Positions 24,342 through 34,461 are shown, numbered from the stretch's first letter. The stretch: 54,142 bases of DNA from Bacteroidota bacterium (GCA_023251625.1 JAHEYK010000003.1:1380-55521); one strand, 5' to 3'. The notes: a model not told the origin generated them from the sequence alone. A program made the numbers and translations.

Positions 24342-25232
24342 TCACTTTTTGTACGCAGCGTATTCGGCAACCAACGCTTTTTCCACCTGGGCATTTACCT
24401 GCACAAGCGGAAGACGGACAAAAGGAGGGGCGATCTTCATCATAGTAAGCACGCACTTTACTCCGGCAGGGTTTCCATCTGCAAAGATCAAACGGGTGAA
24501 TTCATCGAGTATGTAGTGCAGTTTACGCGCAGTATCATAATTGCCTTTAAGCGCTTGACGGGTCATTTCAGAAAACTCTTTAGGAAATGCGTTCGCAATG
24601 ACCGAGATCACTCCATCGCCTCCTGAAGCAATGATAGGAAGCGTGATGAGGTCATCACCGGAGATCATGAGAAAATCTTTGGGCTTATGCTTGATGATCT
24701 GCATCATCTGGTCGATATTGCCCGATGCTTCTTTAACTGCAATTATATTTTTTACTTCTCTCGCAAGTTTTAATGTGGTCTCAGCCGTGATGTTTGAACT
24801 GGTCCTGCCCGGAACATTATAAACAATAACGGGAAGCGGGCTTGCTTCAGCCACCATTTTATAATGCTGAAAAATCCCTGCTTGATTGGGTTTATTGTAA
24901 TATGGAGAAACAGAAAGAATCGCATCAACTCCTGCCAGATCAAAACTCTTGAGTGTATGTACGACTTCATGCGTGCTGTTACCTCCTATACCAACGACAA
25001 CCGAAACTCTTTTCTTTACCACTTTCACGGTGTGCCTGACGATCGCAGATTTTTCTTCTGAGCTGAGCACAGGAGTTTCCCCGGTGGTTCCTAAAGCAAC
25101 CACATACTCAACCCCGCCATTGATCACGTGATTAATTACGTTCTCAAGCGACTTGAAATCAATATCTCCATTCTTGTCAAAAGGGGTAACAAGAGCTACA
25201 CCTGTTCCTTTAAATTTTTCTATACTACTCAT
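24342..25232 (-). CDS. dapA: 4-hydroxy-tetrahydrodipicolinate synthase
   Basis: 296 aa. Motifs are GTGVALVTPF, GTTGE, YNVPGRT and the active-site region AVKEASGN. Confidence 0.9.
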   Translation of the reverse strand: MSSIEKFKGTGVALVTPFDKNGDIDFKSLENVINHVINGGVEYVVALGTTGETPVLSSEEKSAIVRHTVKVVKKRVSVVVGIGGNSTHEVVHTLKSFDLAGVDAILSVSPYYNKPNQAGIFQHYKMVAEASPLPVIVYNVPGRTSSNITAETTLKLAREVKNIIAVKEASGNIDQMMQIIKHKPKDFLMISGDDLITLPIIASGGDGVISVIANAFPKEFSEMTRQALKGNYDTARKLHYILDEFTRLIFADGNPAGVKCVLTMMKIAPPFVRLPLVQVNAQVEKALVAEYAAYKK

Positions 25233-25800
25233 CTACAGTTACTTGTTTATCGTGTTTTTTGTTAATAATGAAAAGGTAGGTATCAATGTTCTTTAAAAAA
25301 TATTTCAGGCCCTTTCCATCAGCAGTTTCTATCATCAAATCAAAGATAGAATTATTTCGGTTACTCTTTTTTCCAACTTTAAATTTCGCCTTCGACATAG
25401 TTGAAATATACCGAAGCGGAAAAAGATCGTTCAAATTCAGGTCCAGCAGAATATCATAGTCGTCCTGAATAAAATTCTTCACATAAACATTCTTGGGGAC
25501 ATTGTACCAGGAAAGGTCTTTCTGGCAAAAAAAATCATATTCCAGTTTTGAATATGCCATGGTCGGAAGTACTTTCTGATCATAGAACCCTATCGCCTTC
25601 ACCCGCTTTTTCATCTCCTTCAGATACACAATGTATTTTTTGACCAGATCAAAATTACTTCCCTGGGTAGCATCAAAAACGATCCCCACCGATCTCGCAT
25701 CCTGCATATTCACAAACATCTTGGTACGATGCAATGATTTTACCTCTCCCGAAAGAAAATAATTTCCTGCCATGTTCTTTATGCTCTTAATAAAACTCAT
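25225..25800 (-). CDS. Conserved hypothetical protein (the family usually found next to dapA in Bacteroidota; family ID not verifiable here)
   Basis: 191-aa ORF. Its stop overlaps the dapA start by 8 nt, and its start overlaps the WcaF-like stop by 4 nt. Confidence 0.6.
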   Translation of the reverse strand: MSFIKSIKNMAGNYFLSGEVKSLHRTKMFVNMQDARSVGIVFDATQGSNFDLVKKYIVYLKEMKKRVKAIGFYDQKVLPTMAYSKLEYDFFCQKDLSWYNVPKNVYVKNFIQDDYDILLDLNLNDLFPLRYISTMSKAKFKVGKKSNRNNSIFDLMIETADGKGLKYFLKNIDTYLFIINKKHDKQVTVDE

Positions 25801-26348
25801 GAAGCCGATATTTCCCTGTCTTTAATTTTGACTGCAGGATTTCCCTGATAGATCGAATAGGATTCTAATGTATTCATAGCCACAGATCCTGCTGTCAGCA
25901 CTGAATGAGATCTACAAACCGTCCCTCCACATACAATGGCCTTGGCTCCGATCCAAACTCCTTCTTCTAAAATTATTTTTTCTGTCATCAGGTCAAATGT
26001 GCTCTTTTTATAGTTATGATTTCCAGAGAGAAGAAATGCCCCTTGGGAAAGGCAGCAATGGTCGCCCATCGAAACATCTTCGAGATTATCGATCCATACG
26101 CCCTCACCTATCCAGCAATGATCGCCTATAGATAGTCGCCAGGGGTATTTGATGTTCACATGCGGTTTGATCACTACACCTTTGCCGATCTTTGCACCAA
26201 ATAAACTCAACAAAAATATTTTGGCCGGAGAAAATGGAAAATAGGAAATGAGAAAAGTACGATTAACCACATACCATATCGCTCGTGCCAGGACGGAAGC
26301 CCCCGGCTTGTACCAATCATTATTATATTTTGAAAGATCCGTTTTCAT
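25797..26348 (-). CDS. WcaF-like hexapeptide-repeat O-acetyltransferase
   Basis: The N-terminus LSKYNNDWYKPGAS...RAIWYVVN and the left-handed beta-helix repeats (IGDHCWIGEGVWI, MGDHCCLSQGAFL, VWIGAKAIV) are typical of colanic-acid WcaF-type enzymes. Confidence 0.8.
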   Translation of the reverse strand: MKTDLSKYNNDWYKPGASVLARAIWYVVNRTFLISYFPFSPAKIFLLSLFGAKIGKGVVIKPHVNIKYPWRLSIGDHCWIGEGVWIDNLEDVSMGDHCCLSQGAFLLSGNHNYKKSTFDLMTEKIILEEGVWIGAKAIVCGGTVCRSHSVLTAGSVAMNTLESYSIYQGNPAVKIKDREISAS

Positions 26349-26360
26349 ATAGCAAAGTTA

Positions 26361-27506
26361 TCACTTTAAAAACAATTGCCTGTTCTCCTCAACAGGCTCT
26401 TTGTTACTCCTATATGCTTCAGCAAAGTCAAAGGCTCCCTTTGAAACAGTCTCATATTCAGATGGAGACATTTTAGCGCAAGTTTCTATCACCGATACAA
26501 ACTTATTTCTGTCAGAGAGTAAAATATCCCATCCGGCATTTTTATTTTCAAGACCTTTCCACATGGTTTTATCGCTGATCAGCACTGGAGTTCCCACACT
26601 CAAAGCTTGCAGAATCACATGCCCGAAATTTTCCCCCAGCGTTGGAAGGAACAAAAGGTCATATTGGGAAATAGTTTCCGACACTTGATTGCTTTCTAAA
26701 CTTCCTTTATAATTCACCTTGATATTGCCAGGCAACATTCGAATGATCTGTTTGCATTCGCTCCAATAACGTTCATCATACACCGGCCCATAAAGATCAT
26801 ACTGAACATTGGATGTAACACTCTGCAAAACTTCCAGCGCATATTTAATATTCTTCTCCGGAGCTATTCTGGCCACATTCACAAGCTTGAGCAAATTCTC
26901 TTGCTTTGATCTGGATTTCCACTCTTTCATATCATGCTTCTCAGGCAGATTGGGAGCAATACATATTTTTGCATTTACTCCAAATTTTTTCTTTACTGAA
27001 ATTGCTTCCTGTTCATTGGTAGCATGAAATAAAACACCACCAAACAGATTGAATTGCTTTGCAAAAAACAAGAACAAGCTCTTCTTGCTCCTTTTTATTG
27101 CTAGCGCACTGTCTGCAAGCATACCTCTTGAAGCCACTATCACCTTACTACCTGTCATTCCCATGAAATAACGAAGTGGCGTTAGTGTGAAATACTTCGA
27201 AAAAATTCCATTCAAATAAACGCGGTCATATTCTTCACTTTTCAGGAGAGAATAGATAGCCTGTTTTGATAATTTATTGGCTGAAAAATAATATACGCGG
27301 GTTCCATCACTCAATACATTCCACTGATCACTTTTAATGTTTGCATAGGGGGTTTCGGACATGTAATCCGTATTCCTGGCAACAACCGAAAATTCAAATT
27401 CATCTTTCAGGTGTGCGATCAGATTGGCACAAGATTGCACAGGTCCGCCCGATCGAGACCCTGGCAGATACCACTCAATAAATATGAGCACTCTGGGTTT
27501 TCTCAT
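26361..27506 (-). CDS. Glycosyltransferase, GT4-like (GT-B fold)
   Basis: C-terminal signature FLPTLGENFGHVILQALSVGTPVLISD. Confidence 0.75.
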   Translation of the reverse strand: MRKPRVLIFIEWYLPGSRSGGPVQSCANLIAHLKDEFEFSVVARNTDYMSETPYANIKSDQWNVLSDGTRVYYFSANKLSKQAIYSLLKSEEYDRVYLNGIFSKYFTLTPLRYFMGMTGSKVIVASRGMLADSALAIKRSKKSLFLFFAKQFNLFGGVLFHATNEQEAISVKKKFGVNAKICIAPNLPEKHDMKEWKSRSKQENLLKLVNVARIAPEKNIKYALEVLQSVTSNVQYDLYGPVYDERYWSECKQIIRMLPGNIKVNYKGSLESNQVSETISQYDLLFLPTLGENFGHVILQALSVGTPVLISDKTMWKGLENKNAGWDILLSDRNKFVSVIETCAKMSPSEYETVSKGAFDFAEAYRSNKEPVEENRQLFLK

Positions 27507-28561
27507 CGCAATTTTTTATTTAAAACCGATAATAAAGTATCCGCCCATTTAGAGGGTGTGATCTTATCCGACAATAAAGCACTTTTCTCCCCCATTGTAA
27601 ACAATTTTTCATCCGGCATTGAGGCTATCGCTTTCAACGTCTTTTTCAGTTCATCTACACGGCCCGATGAAAATACGATTCCATTCTCTCCGTTTTTTAC
27701 AAATGCACTGGCCGCCCCTACCTCATGGCTGCAAATAATAGGGAACCCGGCTGAAGCAAACTCATGAACTGCTACTCCCCATGGTTCAAAGTGACTTGGT
27801 AAAACATATACTCCTGTATCGCAAATAAATTTAGCCATATCCTTTGGCTGAACAAAACCAAAGTGTTTTATTTTGGGATGCACTATAGGTTTAATATCCC
27901 CGGTTCCGAGGCACCATAATTCCCAATCGTTTGGACTTTCCTTCTGGAACTCAGTAAAAGCCTGCCATAGGTCCTTAATGCCTTTAAATTCATAATACCT
28001 GCCCGTAAAGATAAATCGATGTGGGAATTTTTTCTTCTTCGCATACTTAAACTCCAGATATCGGGCATAAAAAAATTCATGATCACACGAATAACAACCC
28101 TGTAAAATGGCATTATCTGAAAATTTCAGGCGCCGGGCAAATTCCAACTGGGGATTACCCGGTATCCAGCAATGAGAAAAATTTTTATGAATGATCTTTT
28201 TACTCAGTAAAGAGCCTGCTATCTGCTTTAAACTGCCGGTCCACTTATTGTCAAAACCAACTATGACTGGAATATTTTTTTTTCTAAACTTCCCACAAAC
28301 AGATAGATAGGACTTGTCCTTCCAGCCACTGGAATAGATCAAATCAGGCGAAATATTATTTGCCAAAATCGACAATCTTGCAGTATCAAATTCAGCTCTT
28401 TTATAAAATTGTATAGTGTTTGGAAAAGTAAATCGAAATGGAGCTTCCCTGTTTTGGGCCCAATGAACAACATGAATCTCAATATCTTTTTTTTTAGAAA
28501 AATTTTCCAGACAGGATAAAAAATAGGCAGACAGCTCAGTATACAAAAAAAGAACTTTCAT
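27503..28561 (-). CDS. Glycosyltransferase, GT4-like (GT-B fold)
   Basis: Signature LPSHFEPWGVAVHEFASAGFPIICSHEVGAASAFV, with 4-nt overlaps to both neighbours. Confidence 0.75.
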   Translation of the reverse strand: MKVLFLYTELSAYFLSCLENFSKKKDIEIHVVHWAQNREAPFRFTFPNTIQFYKRAEFDTARLSILANNISPDLIYSSGWKDKSYLSVCGKFRKKNIPVIVGFDNKWTGSLKQIAGSLLSKKIIHKNFSHCWIPGNPQLEFARRLKFSDNAILQGCYSCDHEFFYARYLEFKYAKKKKFPHRFIFTGRYYEFKGIKDLWQAFTEFQKESPNDWELWCLGTGDIKPIVHPKIKHFGFVQPKDMAKFICDTGVYVLPSHFEPWGVAVHEFASAGFPIICSHEVGAASAFVKNGENGIVFSSGRVDELKKTLKAIASMPDEKLFTMGEKSALLSDKITPSKWADTLLSVLNKKLR

Positions 28562-29871
28562 TTTGTCGGGGCAATGTCAGGAGAAACAAGTCCTGTCTTT
28601 TTATCTGACAGACTGGTGATAAAATTTTTGTAAGCAATGTAATTATAATAATATATCCAAATAAAAAAAGGGAATCCATTAAGAAAATAATTTCCTTGCC
28701 GGAATAAATTCACAAGAATAATCACGATAATACTCCCGGATATGAGCCAATAATGATCAGGTATTTGCACATTAGCAATTTTCGAACGAATAACAAAACA
28801 TCGGAAAGTAAGGAATAACATGAATCCTGTTCCTAAAATTCCCGTCTCCGAGATCAGACGCAGCAGCATAGAGCTTGCATCGGCTCCATTCTGGTTAAAG
28901 CCTGAAATTTTTTCATTCTTCATCAATGAGTATTTATCAAATGCAATAGAGTGCGAACCCAATCCGGTACCCAATAGCCAGTTGCGTGAAAAATTTTCCA
29001 TAGCCACCCGGTAGTTATTGTATAGTATGATGGAGGATCCATGAGTCTGCCCAATCTGATATTTGCCAGTACTGAAAATAGAAATAGTACTATCATATCG
29101 TTCACGGAAATCTGTCACATTTTTATACATAAAATAAAAAGAGACAATCAACACAGGAACAAACACCAGTACATAGCGTATCAAACCAAAGTTAATGAAT
29201 AGAAAAATAATTGCCAAAAAAAATGCCGCGTATGCAAGCCCTGAATAGGATAGAAGATATGCCCCTATAATAACTGCACTTTGAAAACGAGTCAGGTAAT
29301 AAGGTTTCCGGCCGACCAAACTATATAACGCAACAAACATCCCTGCCGAGACAGTTGCCCCGAAATAAGTTGGTTCTCCGAAAATAGAATTGATGCAAAT
29401 TCCGAAATCACCACGATCGTATACGCCCCATTTGTTAAGTATCCATCCGAAATCATAACCAGGTTTAAAGTGAAGTTTAAAAGAAATTAATTGACACCAC
29501 CCGATCAGGCAAACTATATAACAGCCTTTCAGGTAAAGCTGAAAAAGTTTTTCAATATTATACTTTGATTCCAACACCACATAATAATAAAACAAGTAAG
29601 AAAAAAGTACTCCAAAAAAAACTTTAAAAAAAAATGCATATGTATTATATCCTAAAAATATGTTCAGTAATCCTGAAACAAAGAGCAGGCCAAAAACTAC
29701 AGACAGATTTCCTGGAACTCCGTAGCGGTTAATAAAAACCGGCAATAAGAGTATAAAGATGAGATAGCCGATGTAAAATTCCGCCGGCTCCTTTATTAAG
29801 ACAATGGAATTAACAAATATCGAAATGTAAATAAAAAAGACAATAATTTTATTTGCTTTTCCTTCAAACAT
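28558..29871 (-). CDS. O-antigen polymerase/ligase family (Wzy-like) membrane protein
   Basis: 437 aa and polytopic. A large loop carries NWLLGTGLGSHSIAF, the Wzy_C-type motif region. Confidence 0.65.
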   Translation of the reverse strand: MFEGKANKIIVFFIYISIFVNSIVLIKEPAEFYIGYLIFILLLPVFINRYGVPGNLSVVFGLLFVSGLLNIFLGYNTYAFFFKVFFGVLFSYLFYYYVVLESKYNIEKLFQLYLKGCYIVCLIGWCQLISFKLHFKPGYDFGWILNKWGVYDRGDFGICINSIFGEPTYFGATVSAGMFVALYSLVGRKPYYLTRFQSAVIIGAYLLSYSGLAYAAFFLAIIFLFINFGLIRYVLVFVPVLIVSFYFMYKNVTDFRERYDSTISIFSTGKYQIGQTHGSSIILYNNYRVAMENFSRNWLLGTGLGSHSIAFDKYSLMKNEKISGFNQNGADASSMLLRLISETGILGTGFMLFLTFRCFVIRSKIANVQIPDHYWLISGSIIVIILVNLFRQGNYFLNGFPFFIWIYYYNYIAYKNFITSLSDKKTGLVSPDIAPTK

Positions 29872-30904
29872 CAGCAGAACTTAAATATTTTGAAAGTAGA
29901 GGTTTCGTTTCGACGGCGAGGTAAAATAATAACATGGGGACTGCAAAATAAAAATACCTGCCGGCATTATTCTCAAAATGAGCTAATATGCTCATGGCAA
30001 GCCCTTGGAAAAGAACACATAGGATAGCAAAAAGATAATTGCGATTAATACTTATTTTTTTTATTTTTTTGATAAACAATACACCCAGATAAATAAAAAA
30101 CAGGTTGTTAACCAGTATTGTCTGTTTTAAAAACGGAAGTAAATCCAATTTCGGTTCTGTGAGCGCCTTAAGATATGAGTTAATTGACATTGCGTATTCG
30201 TACCTAGGTGAGTAAAGCCAGTTTTTTCGGATAAAGTAATAGGCCACAAATAGGATGCATGAAGCAACGAATATTTGTATAAAATATTTTCGTTTATCGA
30301 ACAGATAATCCACTACGGTAATAACAATGTAAATGATCAGAATATATTCGCGTTGGATTACTGCCAGAATCAGAAAAAGATAAATAAGATTACTTTTCTT
30401 CAGATAATAAAAAAACGAAAGACCAAACAAAAGGATGGCGCATGAATCTGAAATAGGTTTAAGTGCAAAAAAAATAGTACCAAACCCTAAGAGGTAAATC
30501 AATCCAAAAAGAAAAGCATAAAGCTCATTATGGAAAAACCTCAGAACCAGTTTATGAATAAGAACACATGTCAATACCAAACAAATAAAATTAAAAAAAA
30601 TAGCATTAAAAAAAACGTGCTGGTCCATCTGGGGGTAAATGGTCGTATACACGATCTTTGTATCATAATAAAAACCAATCTTGTTCATAAGAAAAATAAA
30701 AAAGCAGCTTATCAGTTTCAGATTATAGGGGGATTCGATCTTTGAAAAATCCCAGTCCTTGTATAGAATGGCATAAGAATAATAATCTGTAGCCCCGAAA
30801 TCGGGAAAACAGAATTTATATGAGTAGTAAAACAGCGGGTAACTTAATAGAATATATGCAACACATATAACGCAATTCCTACTGGTAAGGGCTTTAAGGA
30901 GCAT
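29864..30904 (-). CDS. Polytopic membrane protein, possible second polymerase (EpsG/Wzy-like) or GT-C type transferase
   Basis: 346 aa and almost entirely hydrophobic helices, extremely AT-rich. It has an early acidic/aromatic loop, DFGATDYYSY. No family is confidently recognised. Confidence 0.45.
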   Translation of the reverse strand: MLLKALTSRNCVICVAYILLSYPLFYYSYKFCFPDFGATDYYSYAILYKDWDFSKIESPYNLKLISCFFIFLMNKIGFYYDTKIVYTTIYPQMDQHVFFNAIFFNFICLVLTCVLIHKLVLRFFHNELYAFLFGLIYLLGFGTIFFALKPISDSCAILLFGLSFFYYLKKSNLIYLFLILAVIQREYILIIYIVITVVDYLFDKRKYFIQIFVASCILFVAYYFIRKNWLYSPRYEYAMSINSYLKALTEPKLDLLPFLKQTILVNNLFFIYLGVLFIKKIKKISINRNYLFAILCVLFQGLAMSILAHFENNAGRYFYFAVPMLLFYLAVETKPLLSKYLSSADV

Positions 30905-31026
30905 ACTGTTTTAAAAGGTAAAAGTAATAAAATCTCTGTAGTTGTTTATTAAAGTATTATAATCCAAAAGCAGAATATGCATTATCCTTGCACTCAAGAT
31001 CAAATTCTTTTCTACCTTTCCGTCAT

Positions 31027-31869
31027 ATGGCTTTTGATTTCAACATGATTGAAGGAATAAAATGCTATGCCCCTGAACTGGCATTGGATAACAGCGGTTA
31101 TCATCCAGAAGCACTGGAGATCCTTGCACAAATGGAAGAAAGAAATTTCTGGTATCGTTCTCGAAATGAGATTCTTAAAAAATTATTCAAAAAACACATA
31201 GGTGAAAAGCATACCGATTTTCTGGAAATAGGCTGTGGAAATGGAGAGGTGCTGCGTGCATTGTCAGACCTAAAAAATATGTCCCTAACCGGGGCAGATA
31301 TTTATTTATCTGGTATAAAGTTTGCCAAATCCAGACTTCCGAATGTCAAATTCGTTCAACTAGATGCGATTAATATACCATTTAAAAATGAGTTTGATGC
31401 TATCGGCTGTTTTGATGTCCTCGAACATATTGACGAAGATGTTAAAGTAATGCAGGAACTGGCTAAAGCACTGAAACAGAATGGGCTTTTATTCATTACC
31501 GTTCCGCAGTATCCTTTTCTTTGGAGTGAAATTGATGAAATAGACCGGCATAAAAGAAGATATACAAGAAAAGAAATTACAAAAAAAATCAAAGGAGTCG
31601 GACTGGAAATTATCGATATAAACTGTTTTACATTTTTACTTTTCCCTGTAATGATGTTATCCCGCTTTTTAAGAAAAAGAAAGCCAGGAAAACCCGCTTC
31701 CCCTGTAATAGTAAAAAAAGAAAATGAACCAGAATACCCTGAAATTGACATACCCGATTATCTGAACAACATCTTCCGAATTTTCATGCGAGCTGATGAG
31801 TGGCTAATTGGAAAAAATGTTAAACTTCCATTTGGGGGGTCTATCATTCTCATAGCTAGAAAAATATAA
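31027..31869 (+). CDS. Class I SAM-dependent methyltransferase
   Basis: Motif I is FLEIGCGNGEVL and post-I is DAIGCFDVLEHI. The track start at 30988 is a TTG; the first in-frame ATG is at 31027. This is the only plus-strand gene inside the glycan locus. Confidence 0.8.
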   Translation: MAFDFNMIEGIKCYAPELALDNSGYHPEALEILAQMEERNFWYRSRNEILKKLFKKHIGEKHTDFLEIGCGNGEVLRALSDLKNMSLTGADIYLSGIKFAKSRLPNVKFVQLDAINIPFKNEFDAIGCFDVLEHIDEDVKVMQELAKALKQNGLLFITVPQYPFLWSEIDEIDRHKRRYTRKEITKKIKGVGLEIIDINCFTFLLFPVMMLSRFLRKRKPGKPASPVIVKKENEPEYPEIDIPDYLNNIFRIFMRADEWLIGKNVKLPFGGSIILIARKI

Positions 31870-31890
31870 TCACCCAGAGCGCTCCGGTCA

Positions 31891-32481
31891 TTACTTCCTG
31901 AAAATCCCGATCAGCTCTCTTCCACCCTCTATTTCCTTGGTTGATTCAAATTCTTCAAACTGACGAAAAAAAGCCATTAGGGTTTCCCTGTTGAATCGGT
32001 GAATCTTATGGTTTTCCCCCGGATTTGCGGAATATTTTGCAATAAAGGCCACAACCCGATTGCTGCTTAAAGCCAGATTGCGGATCGGTTCAACGATGAG
32101 CAGGGTCTTTTTTGTTGAAGCAAGCAGTTTTCTTACAATAAACTCATGTTCAGGTATGAACTGGTATAAACTTGCCTGAATGATAATATAATCGGAAACC
32201 GGAACTTCATCTTTTAAAAGATCAAACTCGAAGATCTGGATATTGTTTTTTTGCCCATGTTTCACGAATGAAGAGTTAATATCTAATCCTGTATACTTTA
32301 CATTTTTTATCTTCAAATAGTTCTTGAAAAGATAAGCATCGCCGGCGCAAACTTCAGTTACAGTGGCATAGTCAGGAATCAGATCAGCAATGGATTTATA
32401 GCGTGCTTCAAAATAGTTTCCGTAGAGAATCTTCATCAAACGGTGATAGATTGCAGGATGCCAGTATACAGGACTTGTCAT
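31891..32481 (-). CDS. Probable SAM-dependent methyltransferase
   Basis: 196 aa. VTEVCAGDAYLF is a degenerate motif I, and YIIIQASLYQF resembles the motif II/III region. Confidence 0.55.
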   Translation of the reverse strand: MTSPVYWHPAIYHRLMKILYGNYFEARYKSIADLIPDYATVTEVCAGDAYLFKNYLKIKNVKYTGLDINSSFVKHGQKNNIQIFEFDLLKDEVPVSDYIIIQASLYQFIPEHEFIVRKLLASTKKTLLIVEPIRNLALSSNRVVAFIAKYSANPGENHKIHRFNRETLMAFFRQFEEFESTKEIEGGRELIGIFRK

Positions 32482-32505
32482 TAAAAATATAAATACATTA
32501 GGAAA

Positions 32506-33255
32506 CTACTTCAACATGCTTTGTTGGCGTAACCTTTTTTTAAATCTTATAAGTTCCATAAAATATTCTATGGTATCGCTTACTACTTTTACAGTTGTAG
32601 CCTTGTCAGATCTTCGGATAAAAAGGCCATCCACTTCTTTGATACTATACTTATTATAATGAGCTATCACCATTACTTCCGTATCAAAGAACCATTTTTT
32701 ATTAACTAACTTATCCGAAAGTTCATTCAGGCGCTGTCGGTTGAAAAATTTAAATCCTGTCTCAGTATCCATACTGGGAGTTCCGATATATTTCCTAATC
32801 AGGAATTTATAACCCAAACTGAGAATATGTCTTATAATAAAGGAAGGAGATGGGGCAATTGCATAATGTCTTCGGATGGTAACCACATCAGCGCCTTTCT
32901 CCAACTCAGCCAAGACTTTAATAAGATAAACACAAGATACCTCAAGATCAATATCCAGGAACCCGACATATCTACCAGCAGCCATTTTAACGCCATGCAT
33001 GAATGTACCTCCCCGGCCAACATTGACCTCGTGAAAAATATATTTCACATTGGGAAAGCTCTCGGCAATATTCAAGATAATATCTCTGGTCTTATCCTTA
33101 CTGCAATCATCTACAAAAATCATCTCGAATTTATAATCTGTATGTTTCAATAGTTCATGAATAGCAACAATGCTTTGCTTCAGGTGTTTTTCCTCCTGGT
33201 AACAGGGAATAATAATAGATAAGTCGAATTTATTTTCAAAAGCTCCCTGGTTCAT
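32506..33255 (-). CDS. Glycosyltransferase family 2 (DPM1/GtrB-like polyprenol-phosphate glycosyltransferase type)
   Basis: Motifs LSIIIPCYQEEKHL, MIFVDDCSKDKT and GFLDIDLEV (DxD). Confidence 0.8.
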   Translation of the reverse strand: MNQGAFENKFDLSIIIPCYQEEKHLKQSIVAIHELLKHTDYKFEMIFVDDCSKDKTRDIILNIAESFPNVKYIFHEVNVGRGGTFMHGVKMAAGRYVGFLDIDLEVSCVYLIKVLAELEKGADVVTIRRHYAIAPSPSFIIRHILSLGYKFLIRKYIGTPSMDTETGFKFFNRQRLNELSDKLVNKKWFFDTEVMVIAHYNKYSIKEVDGLFIRRSDKATTVKVVSDTIEYFMELIRFKKRLRQQSMLK

Positions 33256-33266
33256 ACTAGAGATAT

Positions 33267-34436
33267 TTACAAAGATTCATTTTTAATACCAAAAAAATCA
33301 TAGATTGAATCAACAACAAATTTCACCTGCTCTAATGTGAGGCTGAAATACAAAGGTAAACGCAGAAGGCAATCTGTATAATGGTCGCTGTTTAATAAAG
33401 GCGGTCCCTTATACTTTGACTGGTAATAAGGGCTCTTATGCAAAGACAAATAATGAAATGTTGCATGAATACCACGATTCTTTAAAAATGCAATTAAGGA
33501 AGTCCGCTCCATAGTATCTTTACATATCAGATAGAACAAATGTCCGTTTTCCGTGGCGTAAGCTGGAATAACTTGAAGTTGAATTTTATTTTTTTCAAAA
33601 AGAGGTTTCAGCGAAGCATGGTAATATCTCCAGATGGTTTTTCTTTTTTCCTGGATCAACTCAATGTTTTCCAATTGAGCATAAAGAAACGCAGCAGATA
33701 TATCTGAAGAAAGAAAAGAAGATCCAACGTCAACCCATCCGTATTTATCCACTTCGCCCTTAAAAAAAGCTGAGCGGTTTGTCCCTTTTTCCCAAATGAT
33801 CTCTGCCCTATTTGTAAAGCTTTTATCATTGATAACAAGCAATCCTCCTTCTCCACAGGTTATATTTTTTGATTCATGAAATGAAAAAGTCGCCATATGA
33901 CCCAAACTTCCCAGAGGTTTTCCATCGAAAAATGAATCTATAGCATGAGCAGCATCTTCTACAACCAAAAGATCATACTTTGAAGCAATGGATAGTATTT
34001 TTTTCATATCACACGCTACGCCTGCGTAATGCACCGGAACAATAACACGGGTCTTGTTGGTTATTAAACTTTCGAGAGAATCCGCATTAATATTGGGAGA
34101 ATTCTTCTCGCTGTCTGCAAATACAATTTTCGCGCCACGCAACAAAAATGGGTTGGCAGTTGAAACAAACGTATACGATGGCATAATGACCTCATCGTCC
34201 GCTTTCAAGTTGCAAAGAATAGAAGCAAGTTCGAGTGCATCTGTGCATGAAGAGGTCAAGAGAGTTTTTGTAAACCCATATTTGGATTCAAAAAACTGCT
34301 GGCATTTTTGGGTATAAACTCCGTTACCAGAAATGTGTCCAGACTTTACCGCCTGCTCTATATACTGCAATTCATTTCCTACAGGAGAAGAATAATTAAA
34401 GGGAATTGTATTTTTTTGTTTTTTTAGTGTGTCCAT
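33267..34436 (-). CDS. wecE: dTDP-4-amino-4,6-dideoxygalactose transaminase (WecE/RffA type, DegT family)
   Basis: There is a long collinear match to my memory of E. coli WecE: DEVIMPSYTFVSTANPFLLRGAKIVFAD, TRVIVPVHYAGVACDM, FSFHESKN (PLP lysine) and EKGTNRSAFFKGEVDKYGWVDVGSS. Confidence 0.85.
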   Translation of the reverse strand: MDTLKKQKNTIPFNYSSPVGNELQYIEQAVKSGHISGNGVYTQKCQQFFESKYGFTKTLLTSSCTDALELASILCNLKADDEVIMPSYTFVSTANPFLLRGAKIVFADSEKNSPNINADSLESLITNKTRVIVPVHYAGVACDMKKILSIASKYDLLVVEDAAHAIDSFFDGKPLGSLGHMATFSFHESKNITCGEGGLLVINDKSFTNRAEIIWEKGTNRSAFFKGEVDKYGWVDVGSSFLSSDISAAFLYAQLENIELIQEKRKTIWRYYHASLKPLFEKNKIQLQVIPAYATENGHLFYLICKDTMERTSLIAFLKNRGIHATFHYLSLHKSPYYQSKYKGPPLLNSDHYTDCLLRLPLYFSLTLEQVKFVVDSIYDFFGIKNESL

Positions 34437-34461
34437 TGCATACGAATAACCTTAACGATTT

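Noticed and set aside
28275-28495. Two A9 homopolymer tracts (plus-strand T9 at 28275-28283 and 28487-28495) early in the GT4 gene 27503..28561 as phase-variation switches
   Set aside because: They encode KKK/KKN lysine runs in a locus of roughly 30 percent GC, where A-runs of this length are expected by composition. Similar tracts occur elsewhere in the island. It is worth a glance in read data but is not distinctive.
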